Below, in pieces: positions 15,501 to 30,116 of a DNA stretch of 64,000 bases. The position numbers and the translations under genes are program-made. The notes below the pieces were generated by a model. The model was not told where the DNA came from, ran no database searches, and worked only from the letters and a program-made list of their open reading frames with translations. The stretch comes from Eledone cirrhosa (Eukaryota): positions 84,630,001 to 84,694,000 of the forward strand of contig OZ024741.1 of the NCBI GenBank assembly GCA_964016885.1, read 5' to 3'. The stretch's first letter is position 1. Each line of letters starts with the position of its first letter.

Positions 15501-15567
15501 TTTTATTATGCGCATTTCAAAAACAAACATCATCATGCAATAATATTTGTGTTTTCATCAGATAAAA
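15501..15567 (-). ncRNA. Type I hammerhead
   Basis: TTTTAT-CTGATGA-AAACACAAA..TTTGTTTTT-GAAA-TGCGCA-TA-ATAAAA. Confidence 0.8.
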
Positions 15568-16532
15568 CAGGAGAACATGATATGAAGGCTAAAAAACACT
15601 TGTGGATAGTGCAGTTTTAAATCAACATATGAAAAGTGGTTTTAGATTGATGTGTGATATTGGGAAAAATATTTTATTTAGAGAGGGGGGGGTGGAAAGG
15701 ATGAAAAAGGGGAGGAGATGAGAGGGAGAGATGGGTGATAGAGAGATAGTTTTTATAACTGAGAGGAGATATATTGTTTTACATAGAGAGGTTGAAAACC
15801 GTTGGAAGATAATGTATAAATTAAAAAAATTTGAAAATTAACGAAAGGAGGATATGTGCGAGGAAAAAGTATTTTATTTAGGGAGGGGGGTGGAAAGGAT
15901 GAAAAAAGGGGGAGGAGATGAGAGTGAAGGTGGAGAGGGAGAGATGGGTGATAGAGAACTACCTGTTAGATTAATTGCCCCCTCTAAATCTGATCTGGGG
16001 GTTGTTAGTAAAGCCATCTTGGATAGAATTATCCCACAGGTTAGTTCTAATTGCTCTTCTTTGAACCTAAATTTATGGTTTGGTACTTCTGAGGTGATTG
16101 GCTGGTTCAACAAATTGGATAATAAAAACAAACTAAAATTTATTCAATTCGATATTGCCAGCTACTATTCCTCCATTTCGCCTTCACTTCTCAATAATGC
16201 TCTATCTTTCGCACTTAAATATTCTGACATCACCACAGATGAACTTCACATCATCCTCACCGCACGTAAAACCATCCTAGATTTCAACAACGAATATTGG
16301 ACCAGAGCCGATACCTCTAACAACTTCGACATCACAATGGGAGCATCCGATTCATCTCTATCACCCATCTCCCCCTCTCATCTCCTCCCCTTTTTCATCC
16401 TTTCCACCCCCCCCCTCTCTAAATAAAATATTTTCCCCAATATCACACATCAATCTAAAACCACTTTTCATATGTTGATTTAAAACTGCACTATCCACAA
16501 GTGTTTTTTAGCCTTCATATCATGTTCTCCTG

Positions 16533-16599
16533 TTTTATCTGATGAAAACACAAATATTATTGCATGATGATGTTTGTTTTTGAAATGCGCATAATAAGA
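16533..16599 (+). ncRNA. Type I hammerhead (inverted copy of 15501-15567)
   Basis: Same core with palindromic stem III ATGCGCAT. Confidence 0.8.
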
Positions 16600-16631
16600 T
16601 ACATGGAACTCCTTTAACCATCTTTTGATCT

Positions 16632-16663
<32 letters not shown>

Positions 16664-17509
16664 CACAGATATCTATGTATATATATTTAACGAAGGTATG
16701 TATATATATAACACCACATATATGTATATATATATACTTATATATGAGAATAAACGTGCTGCGGGGTTGCTAATGGGTTACATATGAATAAAGTTAGTCC
16801 TTCATCAGTGATCTTCCAACCATCATTGGTATTTCATCGCTTTAAAGACCATATACCTCCGGTTGGTGCGAACAACGGCTAAAAAAAGTCGTTGGGACAC
16901 GTAAATAAAGGGGACACGAGTGTAAACAAACAAAAATGGTGAAGCAACGAAAAGTGAGGAAGAAGGAGTCAAATCCCAAATTTCTATGAATTTAAATTCC
17001 GTGAAATCGTGAACGAGAGTGAATAAAGACCATCAAACCTGGTTGGAATGTAAGCAAGGAAGGAATTCCGTGTACAGGTCTAACGGGAGGAAGAAGGGAT
17101 CTAGTCTGTGATTTCGGTGAACGTAAGTTCTGTGAAATCGTAGACTAGAGAGAGAAAAAAAGCGACCTGCCAGACCAAGGGTGCGAAAGAAAAGAATTAC
17201 GCACAGGTCAAACGGGAAGAAGGAGGAGGAGGAGAGGTAGTAACAGAGAAGGAGTGAGTGAAGGGTGAGGAAGAGGCTAACAGAGAGAGTGACTGCTAGA
17301 GAGGGTAAAGATACTAGTAGAAGTGTTTATTTCTAAAACAAGGTGTCAGTGATCCTATCAACGTAGTACATTATAACATAATTTTGTATGTAGACACTTA
17401 AAGACAATAAACATCAGATTGTCTAAAGTGTGATATAGAAAAAACACACAGAGGAAACAATAGATCAATAAATGCAAGTAAACATGATGAAAAAACCGTT
17501 GATATTTAC

Positions 17510-17624
<115 letters not shown>

Positions 17625-17632
17625 TTATGTAT

Positions 17633-17707
<75 letters not shown>

Positions 17708-18210
17708 GTCTATATATTTATATAAATGAATATATGTACAAATATACATATATATGCATATATAAATATATACATATGCATAAATAAGCATATATGCACA
17801 CGTACACGCACATATATGCATAGACACACACACACACATATATATATAGTACTCTTTTACTATTTTACCTGTTCCAGCCATCCGACTGAGGCCATGCTGG
17901 GGCACCGCCCTTAGAAAAATATGGAACGCTTCACGAATTTGCGGGTTATATATATATATATATATAATGCCGGTTGCCCAATGGCAAGTGGGCCCACCAC
18001 GGTTGCATTGCAGGCGCCCGCTGTAGCATTTTAGGGGCCATTGCTTCGATTTCAAAAAATACCTGAAGTCTAAGATTTTTGAAAAATAAATAAAACAATT
18101 AAGCAAAGCATTTGGTCAACCAATTCCCAAGAGAATTGATAGAAACCCAAATATATGAGAGTGTAAATAGCTGGAATCAGTGATTGTACATTCTACTAAA
18201 TCTATTAATA

Positions 18211-18394
18211 ATTGTTTCTATTTTAGGCACAAGGTCAGCAATAACCCAGTAGATTACTGGTACTTTATTTTATCGACCCCGTAAGGATGAAAGGCAAAGT
18301 TAACCTCGGCGGGATTTGAACTCAGATAATAAAGGGACGTAACTCTATGCTTCAAAGCATGGTGTCCGACTCTCTACCGATACTGCCAATCCAC
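18211..18394 (-). mobile_element. tRNA-derived SINE, full length, with TSD
   Basis: A-box-like TGGCAGTATCGG, B box GAGTTCAAATCCC, body GCCTTTCATCCTTACGGGGTCGATAAAATAAAGTACC. TSD ACTAAATCTATTAATAAT at 18195-18212 and 18393-18410. Confidence 0.9.
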
Positions 18395-18513
18395 TAAATC
18401 TATTAATAATAATATTCGATTCGTTTTCAATTATGCAAACATCCTCTTTTAAGCCATGTTAGTAGAATGAGCCCCTCATTCTTGCTCTTGTGTTGGCATG
18501 TAAACATGTTGGC

Positions 18514-18557
<44 letters not shown>

Positions 18558-18573
18558 ATATACATATATGTAT

Positions 18574-18640
<67 letters not shown>

Positions 18641-18719
18641 ATATTATTAATTGGAAACTATATTTATAAAACCATAATTCATAAAACCATAAATATAGTT
18701 TCCATTTATTAATATATTG

Positions 18720-19060
18720 TATATAAGTATGTACACGTACATACATATATGTATACAGACGTACAGTAGTATGTATATATATATATATACATACATGCAC
18801 ACATATATATATGTACGTATGGATTCACCGAACATTTATTATAATGCTTGGTGTGTTTGTAAACAAACATCCCGTATTAAGCCGTAGTGTCTAGAAACCA
18901 TCGTTGCTCGTTTGTTCAACACTGACAAAGGAACGCTGCACAAGTTTCAAGCTTATTAGCTATCGTCAGCAACGTATACCTTCCTGCCAGATTGTACGTG
19001 TACTTATATTTAAGTAACAGCCATACTAAGAGTGGGAAATGAAATTTCGTTTCATTTTTT
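18720..19060 (-). mobile_element. Older diverged copy of the 14 kb PLE terminus with decayed HHR (18933-18975)
   Basis: CTGACGA-TAGCT(AATA)AGCTT-GAAA-CTTG-TG. The flanks align to the 14 kb unit. Confidence 0.75.
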
Positions 19061-19156
19061 CCAATATATTATATACTCCACTAAACTGTTGAGTGCTTTA
19101 TATCAGTTATAAACAATTTTAAGCTTGTTGAATCCCAACAAATTAAATATAACCTC

Positions 19157-19222
<66 letters not shown>

Positions 19223-19371
19223 AAATGTCAATTAGATTCCTAGGGATGTTTGTACAAGTTGAAAACATATATATAAATTTATATATACACATGTACATGC
19301 ACATAATAAACACGCACTTCCACATTTATTGAGTGAGTGCGAAAGTCGAAAGGTCATTATTGAAAGACTCT

Positions 19372-19562
19372 CTAGGGTGGTAGATTGGCAGAATCGGTAG
19401 AGTGTCAGACACTATGCTTTCTAGCATAGTTACGTCCATTTCCAGTCTGAGTTCAAATCCCGTCGAGGTTAACTTTGCCTTTCATCCTTACGAGGTCGAT
19501 AAAATAAAGTACCAGTAATGTACTAGGTAATTGCTGGCCTTGTGCCTGAAGTAGAAACAATT
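19372..19562 (+). mobile_element. tRNA-derived SINE, full length, with TSD
   Basis: Same family as 18211-18394. TSD ATTATTGAAAGACTCT at 19356-19371 and 19560-19575. Confidence 0.9.
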
Positions 19563-21429
19563 ATTGAAAGACTCTGGATTTCGCAAAATATATATTTTTT
19601 ATTGAAGAAGGTAAGATATTTTCCCGCAAAAATTTGATTGCACTGGCTTGTTTCCACTTTTCATCCTGGAAAAAAAATCGACGTTGGCTTTATAATGGAA
19701 AACAACCAACCAACTATATTGAAAAAAAAGAAGGATGACTTTGGCCGGATTCAAAGCTAAAACGTACCGAGCCGTACATATTGTAAAGCATTTAGTTTGA
19801 CACCTTAATGCTTCTATTTATCCAATTGTCTTCGTGATCGTCCTCAAGGAGTAACTGATTTGGGTGTTTTTATGTGGTTGTTTGATCTGCATTATATAGA
19901 TGTCAGAAGTTGCTGGGATTTTGGAGAAGGATACATTGCCAAAGGGTTAATTTGTCTAGGGTGTTAATTCTAAAGTGTGCCAGCTGTATGTATGTAAAAA
20001 ATAATAACTTTTCTTCCCCTTTTTATTATTCGTATAAATATGCAACATAACTACATTATGCATATCCGCAGTTGAAAAAGCATATAATGCTGAAACCCGT
20101 ATTATTAAATGCGGAAACATCCACTTTATAAATAAATGTTTTTATATTATACTGAAAAATCTCTTCAGCATTTTCTACTGAAAAAAATCTGTTTCCTCTG
20201 TACTATTTGTTTATATATATAATCTCAATGCTCATTTGCTTATTTATAAGGTTAACACGTTTAACTCCCACTGAAACAAGCTGACATCCGGGATTTATCC
20301 AACTAATGCAAGAATGGAGAATCAGAATGAAAATGAAAACCCTTATCTTATATTTGAATGTGTTTCTTGTTGAAGCTTCATTCTAAACAGATGGTATATC
20401 ACAATGGATAGGTTGAGGAATAGTTTCACATATATGTCAAAATGTATCAATCAATCACTTATGTATGTCTATATGGTTTGAGTCTGGTCATTAATTTTAA
20501 AATATACTATATATTTTACTTTATTCTCTCCTTGGTGTTAACTGACTTCCTTGTTTACTGAAGGATACGTTTAAGACCTTTAAACACAATGGTGTTCAAC
20601 ATTTTCGTTTTTCATAATATACTTCATTAATTTCCTATGACATTCATTACATTGTTCGTAGCCAATAAACCAAATCTCCAACAGTAAGAAAATAACAGAA
20701 CATGAAAATTATTGCTTCTAATTTAAATATATGGGGGGGGGGGATAATATTGTATATGTATATACATCTCGTATATTGGTGGCTAATATTATGTATGTAT
20801 GTATATCGCTACTCATGAAAATTTCAAAACCTCACCAACTAGACATAATGCATTGATTACCTGCCTTGGCTTATAAACAGTGTTTGGATGTTTGCCTATA
20901 TCTCACACATAAAATGAAGGATCGGCCTATATTCAGATTGGCTTATATTCGAATATACAGTAAATATATAAGCATTCTACTCTGTGAGCACTCTTTTTAT
21001 TCTTATTTCTTACACAATCAGCACATTACCAACTTTAGAATAGATATATACGAGCGGGATTACTCCTTAAAGAACATTTTCACTCCCTCCAACCAAGTTT
21101 ATTCAAAGCGTCTTATCCAAATATCAGAAGACGCCATCAAACGCATGTATTGGCGGGCTCTGGCTTTCGGCGGAAAAATTACGGGAACTGCCGACACTTA
21201 CCCCTAAAATGTAATTGGTAGCCTATCCGTCCAAAGTAAATGAGCTCCCTCCTTCTGAAGTGGACGTTCTTGACTTAGTCGCTAACGTTACTTTCCGCAA
21301 ACACTCTAGCCTTTTCTAAAACAAACTTAGCAGAGATTATTAAAAAATGTTGATCTTCCACTAAAACTTTCGTCCTATCTAATAACACTATCAATAGTTA
21401 TGAAGTTGACCAAAGTACTTATAACTACT

Positions 21430-21720
21430 TGGCGCCTAAAACTACAAGTTCGACGTACCATAGCAACAATAACACCTAGTAATGGTGCAGCCCTCTTTCA
21501 CATCCTGGATATTCCGTTTGATCAAAAGTGGGACAGACGAGTGAGTGACAGTGACTGCTCGAGATTGCATCGGCACTGAAAACCGTTGGCGGAAGCATAA
21601 TGTGAATGACGACTATTATTGTAGTTGGATTGGTAGTATCCCAAGAACATTGCACAAAACACTCTGCGTTATTTAGTTACGATTGTCTACACTCTATATA
21701 CAAATCCTGCCGTGGTTAAG
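21430..21720 (+). mobile_element. Highly decayed REL-type LINE 3' end
   Basis: Remnants resembling ..PFD....IIV..GSIP..L of R4-like endonucleases, read across frameshifts. Confidence 0.35.
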
Positions 21721-22384
21721 TTTATCCGAGGGCTATACAATACTGTACCAGTAAAGAATTGATGTTACCATCATTCACCTCTCCAGAAAATATCAGCTTT
21801 CTATATATAATCTCGTGTGTTTGTACAACAGTGCGATTTGAAACAAACGGAAAATGATGAGTGATTAAAAGTTTAAAAAATATATAGGAAAGATCGAAAC
21901 AAATAAATAAGAACATTTTTTTTTTATATATTTAATAACTATTAGACGGTCTGTCTGAGTTGTCTGCACCCACGAACCTCTCAAGAAGAAGAAGAAGAAG
22001 AAGAATTTATAAAATAGTGAAATGTGAAACACTGTTGCTTTGATCCCCACCCCCACCTCCTGCGATAGACTTAGAACATATTTCCTTAATTTCTTTAAAG
22101 TTATATTTGCTATAACCTGTATGTAATATTAAATTTAAAATTCTAATCATTATAATTATATTATTATAACCATATCGCTATGACAGTGGTAGTTAGCATG
22201 GTAGACAGAAGTGATGAAGACATAAATCCAAATATGCACGTATGGTCCCGTAACTTCTGATAGTCGTAGGGGCGTCGTATTGACATGCGGCATTTCTTGA
22301 GCATTTAAGCATAGCGGAGCCGATCCCTCTCCTGGCCTGATTACAGCAGATTTCTTCTAGAGAAAGATAGAAAGTGAGAGAAAG

Positions 22385-22522
22385 ACTGGTACATGTGTAT
22401 CGACCTTGAAAGGATGAAAGGCAAAGGTGACCTCAACGGGATTTGAACTCAGAGAGCAGAAAGCCGGAACGAAAATCATAAAGCATTCTATTTGACGTTC
22501 TAACGACGCTGCCAATTCGCCG
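22385..22522 (-). mobile_element. Diverged partial SINE
   Basis: ATCGACCTTGAAAGGATGAAAGGCAAAG..GGGATTTGAACTCAG. Confidence 0.8.
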
Positions 22523-22526
22523 ACAA

Positions 22527-23850
22527 TCTATATATATAAAACTGTGGTTGTCTGTCTGTCTATCGATTTTTGGCACACATCTCCTCTTAGAATCTCTGAC
22601 GGAATTGCACCGAATTTGCTATACTTGTACATTGAGCCCTAGCGAAGACATCGGAAAAAAATATTTCAAATTGACCCACCCTATGTGACGAAATCGAATA
22701 TAATGTATCGATTTTTGAGCGTAAGTTATCAGTTATTTCCCTTTGTTCTGTTTACATTGAGCGTCTTACGTAAAAAATTACGCTGGCTTTCTCAGCGTTT
22801 AAAATGACATTAACACAATACACGAACAGTTGTCGAGCCAGCAAAATATTGACCTGCAAAATTCATCAGTTCGAACACTAAGCTTCCGTTTTGCTTCATT
22901 TCCATTTAAAAGCATTTTAAAACAATATTTTTACTTGAAAACAAGTCTATTTAAAGACTACGTAAAACAAGCAAATATTTCAGGCGTGCAGACAGACAGT
23001 CGTGCAGAGAGGTGATATAGGCGTGCAGACAGACATCTATATATATAAAACTGTGGTTGTCTGTCTGTCTATCGATTTTTGGCACACATCTCCTCTTAGA
23101 ATCTCTGACGGAATTGCACTGAAATTGCTATACTTGTACATTGAGCCCTAGCGAAGACATCGGAAAAAAATATTTCAAATTGACCCACCCTATGTGACGA
23201 AATCGAATATAATGTATCGATTTTTGAGCGTAAGTTATCAGTTATTTCCCTTTGTTCTGTTTACATTGAGCGTCTTACGTAAAAAATTACGCTGGCTTTC
23301 TCAGCGTTTAAAATGACATTAACACAATACACGAACAGTTGTCGAGCCAGCAAAATATTGACCTGCAAAATTCATCAGTTCGAACACTAAGCTTCCGTTT
23401 TGCTTCATTTCCATTTAAAAGCATTTTAAAACAATATTTTTACTTGAAAACAAGTCTATTTAAAGACTACGTAAAACAAGCAAATATTTCAGGCGTGCAG
23501 ACAGACAGTCGTGCAGAGAGGTGATATAGGCGTGCAGACAGACATAACTGATAATTTGGTTACGCTAATGTTTTTCTCTGCGTTGCAGTGTTTACATTTT
23601 CGATCTTTGTTAATAAATAACCAGTGCAGTTTTTATCCCCAGCATCCTCTTTTGTTATAACATTCGGGTTATCGTTATGTTTTCTTAACTTCATAAGGCA
23701 TATTGTTGGTTGAGGGAATATTAATCAAAAACACCACATGCAAGTCTGCACAGAAGACATTACAGTTTTTAAGCCAAAAAAAGAAACTTAACATTGTAAC
23801 TTTAACACAGCTACTGAGCGACCCCGAGCAACGCCAGGCTTTACTGCTAG
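22527..23850 (+). mobile_element. Non-autonomous Helitron with duplicated 509 bp 5' segment
   Basis: 5' TCTATATATATAAAA at 22527 and 23036. The 3' end has an imperfect GC hairpin followed by CTAG (23847-23850). The element is inserted between A22526 and T23851 with no TSD. Confidence 0.9.
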
Positions 23851-25760
23851 TCTAGATATAAAGATGTTAACAAAAGTAGATGGTTGAGACTGATGCGTAG
23901 ATGTGTTTTGAGTGTGGGGGCTCTGCTGGAGTCAGCATCAACGCACACACATGCGCGTGCCCGCACACACACCTGTTACTACCAACAAAAAGATGAGACC
24001 AAATCATTGAAATATTTACATAAAACAAAACCGTAACCCAAGATTAATTTAAGAGAACGGCTTATTATTTACAATTATTACCTCTATATTATTTGCTAAC
24101 TTCTTTTGCAATGGTACTTTTATTATTTCCCCTTTCACCAAAGGAAAACAAAAGCCGTTCCTATAGACAACAGCATGGGCGCTGTTAAGCACCACTGAGT
24201 TCACTACAGACCAAGGACTAAATCCAATAACGTGGCTAAAATGGAAATGAGACTCTGCAAGGAAATGTTACAATGATTGCGATCAAAATTAACAATATGT
24301 ACAACACCCATTTTATACTCCTCGTCTTCTTTCTTCTGTATTTCATCAATGGGGTAGTCACTGTGAATTCTTTTGAGTAGTCTCCTAGGATTAGAATAGA
24401 ATCGTTAGTGTCTATTTAGTAATATCAATGGAGTCATGTAATCTCTTTAGGGAGATATGATCGCAAAGGCTTTCATTTCACACTCTCGTGTGGCATATTT
24501 AGTTTTCATATACTGCATATGTATATGGCTTGCTAAATACATCCATAAATAGCATAACAGCGTGTATATACGAGAGATAGTGAAACATAGAGACGAATAT
24601 ATATATATATATATAAACATAAAAACACATATACTTATATACATATATATACACATATATACATATATATATATACACACTTACTTGCATACATACACAT
24701 GTATATACACATATATACATATATATATACACATATATACATACATACATACATACATACATACATACATACATACATACATACATACATACATACATAC
24801 ATACATACATACATACATACATACATACATACAAGAAGACAGACAATGATATTAATTTGCTTTGTTTCAGAAATAACAAAATTGATGAAAAATGATATCA
24901 ATCAAAACGCCATTAGGAGTTTTGAAATTTCAATTTGGCTCTCTTCCAGCTATGTAAACTTAATTTTCTCAGGTCTTCCCAAATAACATTTTTTTCTGGA
25001 AGAATTTGTACAACTGTTAATTCTTAGAGACTGTGGCAAGTCACGCATCTAATAACATAAAGGAATTAAGAGGTGGAAAATTGAGTTTGAAATTCTCATA
25101 AACAATTTAGTAATATTTTGGGCAAGACTGATATGTATATATTGGAGGGCGAAAAGTGAGAGGATAGTCTATATGTTGAGCTAAAAGTACGTGCACACGT
25201 CTGTATAAATGTGAGAGTGTCTACGATTGTGCGCGCATGAATGTGTGTGAATGTGTGTACACATATTTTTATGCATGCGTGGCTTGTGTATATTGTGTGT
25301 AGGAATGTGTGTTTGTTCTAGCAATGTTTTCAATTGTGTTTCTTCACAAAATATAGTTTTTCCTTATATTTCTGAAGAGTTCATTTCTCAGAATTTCTCA
25401 ACTGAAAGAAAGTTTTGTAAACTAAAAAATATATGTGTAACAATAGTTCCAACCCTCAGAGGATTTAGCAGCTCGATTCCTAAATGTATGGATGTATGAA
25501 TGCGACGCTCCTGCTAGAGTCATATGGGTGCCGTAGTAACATACGGTGTCGTCTCTTGAGCATTTGAAACCTAGGGGAGCCTATTAATCTCTGGTCTGAA
25601 CACAGCTGGTTTATTTCAGAAAAGGAGAGAGGAAGTGATTAAGAAGAGGTAATAGAGAAGTGAATGAGGACTTGAACGCGGTTTCGGAGACAACTACATA
25701 CGTTGATTCTGTGATCTGTATTCATGTTAGAATATAGCTTAACAACGATTCTTACACAAA

Positions 25761-25868
25761 ATAATTGTTTCTACTTTTGGCACAAGGCCAGCAATTACTG
25801 GTACTTTATTTTATCGACCCCGTAAGGATGAAAGGCAAAGTTAACCTCGGCGGGATTTGAACTCAGAA
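25761..25868 (-). mobile_element. Partial SINE
   Basis: Same SINE body and B box as the other copies. Confidence 0.85.
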
Positions 25869-26117
25869 TGGCAAGGGTGGAAGATTTTTAGCTAAATATA
25901 CACATTTTAAAACAAGCAGTATTGTATCGTACAACCAAAGGTAATTTCCTGCTGATTGGTATTATATGAGTTAAACCAAACTATTTGTAGTTACTTGCAT
26001 AATAGAGCAGCCACGCTGCTTTCTCTAAAATTACGTGGATAGGGAATAAACTAAAATCAACGTAAGCAAAATTCGAACTTTTTCTGCATAAACATTTAAT
26101 CTGGAGACAGTTCAATA

Positions 26118-26300
26118 TAATTGTTTCTACTTTAGGCACAAGGCCAGCAATTACCCAGAGCATTACTGGTTCTTTATTTTATCGACCCCGTAAGGATGAA
26201 AGGCAAAGTCAACCTCGGCGGGATTTGAACTCAGATCGTAAAGGGACGTAACTATGCTGGAAAGCATGGCGTCCGACCCTCTACCGATACTGCCAATCCA
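26118..26300 (-). mobile_element. tRNA-derived SINE, full length, with TSD
   Basis: TSD TTCAATATAAT at 26111-26121 and 26301-26311. Confidence 0.9.
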
Positions 26301-26493
26301 TTCAATATAATGAAGAGTTTTTTTTCCCACGGGAAATAAAAGGATTGGCTTTGGTGTTAAAGAAAAACGCATTATATGTACGTCCATAATGAATTCGTTC
26401 TATGTTCGAGTTTTATTTCTATCTCTGTATCTCTCTTAAGACTCTCTCTCTCTCTCTCTCACACACCACAAGACGTTCTCACCCTCTTTCTCT

Positions 26494-26529
<36 letters not shown>

Positions 26530-26963
26530 CTCTCTCTCTCCCGCATGTATATCAGCATGCATTTGTGTGAGGCACCTTGTGTATATATATACATGTGTGA
26601 TCATCATTGAATTATTGCATTTTGCATATTAATGTCAAAAGTGCTTTGCATTATTTAGAAACAGTATGGCAGCTTCAAATTGAAAAACGTATTACTTCAA
26701 GAAAGTGACATTTTCAAAATCACATTTTCAGCTAAGATGGAAAAACTGAGAAAAGGAAATGAAAAAGCCATTTTCTATTATTTCATTATGCTTAATTTTA
26801 ATATTACTTCTTAAATTATCACCAAGAAAATGAAATTTGAACATAACGCAACTCCGTTCACGCTCCCCTATTCCTTGATTAAACAACTTTCTCTTACCAA
26901 TAAAAAAAGAAGAAATCTAACAACAATTACAACGGTAATAAGTACAAATCATATATCTATTTA

Positions 26964-27089
<126 letters not shown>

Positions 27090-27633
27090 TGTGTACAAAA
27101 TAAAAAAATATAAAGCAATCAAATGTGTGCTTAATACATTTAATTGATTCCGATCGTTTCTTCCGGACAACTGTCTGGAATCATCGGAGCATACAAAATG
27201 TTTAAACAAGTAATTAATTACATTCCTAGTCCTTAGAATATTCATTAAGATACATTATTATCGTATATATATATATATATATATATATAATTCTATTGCA
27301 GTGTGTTCGCTATAGACACGATGAATGACTAGGAACCAAAGAAATACTGTTTATGATTGTTTATGTTAGTGCTGTTCTTTACCAAAACGCCGATAAGTAT
27401 TGTAATACAGCAAAAATAATTATTGGTATTATTGAAATAACACCACTATGAAAATGTCAAAATTTCAAAAAATTTTCAAGAACCATTTCGTGAAAGATTA
27501 AATGGAAACTTGGAAAATACTCATCATTCAGTTTAAATATTGCTCTAGTTGAGTATCCGTAACCAGGAAACAATTGATATTCGTGTCACTGCTGTAACTT
27601 GAGAAATACAATAAAATGCCTATAATTATATGC

Positions 27634-27698
<65 letters not shown>

Positions 27699-27901
27699 TA
27701 AAAAAGACTGTTTCCCATCCCTCTCCCTTCTTACTCTTTATTTCAATTTTCTCTCTCATTATATATTCTATCTTCGGATAAAGGACTAATGTCCCAAACA
27801 TAAAGACTTTTTCGACTATAATATATCAACCGTTAACATAGTATATTTCTTCATTGAACTGCGTTGTTTGCTTCATATGTTTCCGTTTACTTTACATCTA
27901 T

Positions 27902-27971
<70 letters not shown>

Positions 27972-28098
27972 TGAGGAATTGTGGTTTACTATATATTTCT
28001 GGCAATATCATATTACCAGAACATGACCCTCCCTAGATATAGCAACACATACACACAACACACACACGTGCGCGTGCACACACACACACACACACTCG

Positions 28099-28179
<81 letters not shown>

Positions 28180-28840
28180 GTATGCATCAGTTATATACAT
28201 TTCGAAATATAATTCTGAAATTCTACAGAAAATAATGAACGAGAAAATTCATTAAAATTAATAATGACGAAATAAAATATAGGATTAATCAAATATATAT
28301 CATGATATCAGATTCTACAAAGCTGGAATTAGAAAAAAATAGATCGAAAATTATCAGTGAGATAAAAAATTGGTTATTAAAATTGAATAAATAAAACATT
28401 TCAATAAAAAATAATCATAGAAAAAATATACAGATTTCTGTCATTAATATTCAAATATGCCAGAAAAAAATTAGCCAAGGTTAGAATAAAATTATATAAA
28501 ATTCAGAATATTTAAACGTTGGTTTACAAACCTAAAATCGATTTAAATTTCAATTTTCAACCATTTTCTTCTATATTTTTCGCGTTTTCTATAGAATTTT
28601 CATTGAATTATATTTATCAGTAAAAGACTTCTGTGTTTAATTCTTCGATGCGAGAGTTATTCTGTGGAAATTTACACATCATCAATACTTCTGTTTGTCA
28701 TTTTAATTGAAACTACTTGTCTGATACATCTCTTATTGCGTAGGCGAAAAGACATTTGGGAACATTAATGATGAAGGAATTCACAGCCAATAATGGATTT
28801 TTTGTTTACTTGCTTACGGTTCGCTTGCAGCCTTAAATTT

Positions 28841-28917
<77 letters not shown>

Positions 28918-28923
28918 GTGTAT

Positions 28924-29035
28924 ATGGCCAACCAATATAGGGTGGAGCTAAAATGTGTAGCAACAAGGACGGTGCTCCAGCATGGGCTCAGCCGGATGGC
29001 TGGAACAGGTAAAGGAGTAAATGAGTATATATATA

Positions 29036-29096
<61 letters not shown>

Positions 29097-29146
29097 AGTA
29101 CCGCCCTTGTTGCTACACATTCTATCTCCAGCCTATATTGGTTGGC

Positions 29147-29147
<1 letters not shown>
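28924..29147. repeat. Short interspersed repeat with inverted duplication (28924-28978 and 29094-29147), related to 17850-17912
   Basis: Reverse-complement arms. CCAGCATGG..CAG.CGGATGGCTGGAACAGGTAAA is shared with 17860-17900. Confidence 0.7.
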
Positions 29148-29208
<61 letters not shown>

Positions 29209-29239
29209 TACACACACACATATATATATATATATACAG

Positions 29240-29319
<80 letters not shown>

Positions 29320-29395
29320 GAAATGGCTGTGTAGTTGCTCTTAAGGTATCTTATAATAGAGTGGGAATAAGAAGAAAGCAAGAACGGGGGGAGGG

Positions 29396-29496
29396 AGGTT
29401 TCCGCATCAGTTGTCTACTGGGGGTATCGGATATTTCTACGCTTTAAAGACAAGATATCTACCGCCCAGGGCGTCAATAACTGGATACGTTATTGG
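29396..29496 (-). ncRNA. Permuted hammerhead-like pseudoknot motif, copy with CTGATGC
   Basis: Homologous to 30265-30364. Confidence 0.5.
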
Positions 29497-30018
29497 GAAA
29501 ACAGAGAAGGGAAGAAAAGAGAAAATAGTGGAAAAACAGCGAAAAAAAAAACAACAAACCGAGCAATGTGCGAGCAATTTAATGTAAGAAAATCCAAGAC
29601 CACTCGATGAGAGAACTTAAGTTCAAGACTGAGTGGTCGAGAGAAAAAAGACACACGTCTGATCCCAGCAGTTGTAAGTGCGAAAAGAACTACTAGAGGG
29701 TCAGGCGAGGGGGTGAAAGTGAGAGGGAGAAAGGGAGAGGAAGAAAGTGGTGTAAGTGTAGATAGTAACGAAATAGTTAGGTAGGAGAAGAGAGAAGACT
29801 GGTAGAGATGATGAGTGAAAGTGAGAGAGAGAAAGGGAGAGGAAGAAAGAGGGGGAGTGTAGAAAGTAGCGAAATAGGTAGGTAGAGGGGGAGAGGGAAG
29901 AATGGTCACAGTGAAAACATGATAAAATATATGGAGAATAGAAATGGCTGTTTAGATGCTATTTAAGGTATCTTAAAATGGAGTGGGAATAAAAAGAAAG
30001 CAAGAACGGGGGGGGGGG

Positions 30019-30116
30019 GGGTCCTCATGAGTTGTCTACTGGGGGTCTCGGATATTTCTACGGTTTAAAGACAAGATATCTACCGCCCAGGGCATCAATA
30101 ACTGGATAAGTTATTG
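30019..30116 (-). ncRNA. Permuted hammerhead-like pseudoknot motif, copy with CTCATGA
   Basis: Homologous to 30265-30364. Confidence 0.5.

Larger units (their letters stand above)
15461..16640 (+). mobile_element. Internally deleted PLE (Naiad-like RT fragment ~15958-16354) between inverted HHR-bearing termini
   Basis: ORF 15854-16426 reads VRLIAPSKSDLG..FIQFDIASYYSSI..FDITMGASDS. Inverted arms at 15461-15743 and 16355-16640. Confidence 0.85.

Noticed and set aside
16750-16810. Minus-strand CTGATGAAGG as a hammerhead
   Set aside because: The GAAA box is absent or too decayed to call.
22527-23545. CRISPR-like or satellite array
   Set aside because: Only two 509 bp units, explained by Helitron structure in a eukaryotic context.
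18211-26300. tRNA genes at GTTCAAATCCC B boxes
   Set aside because: No cloverleaf forms. These are SINE heads with TSDs.
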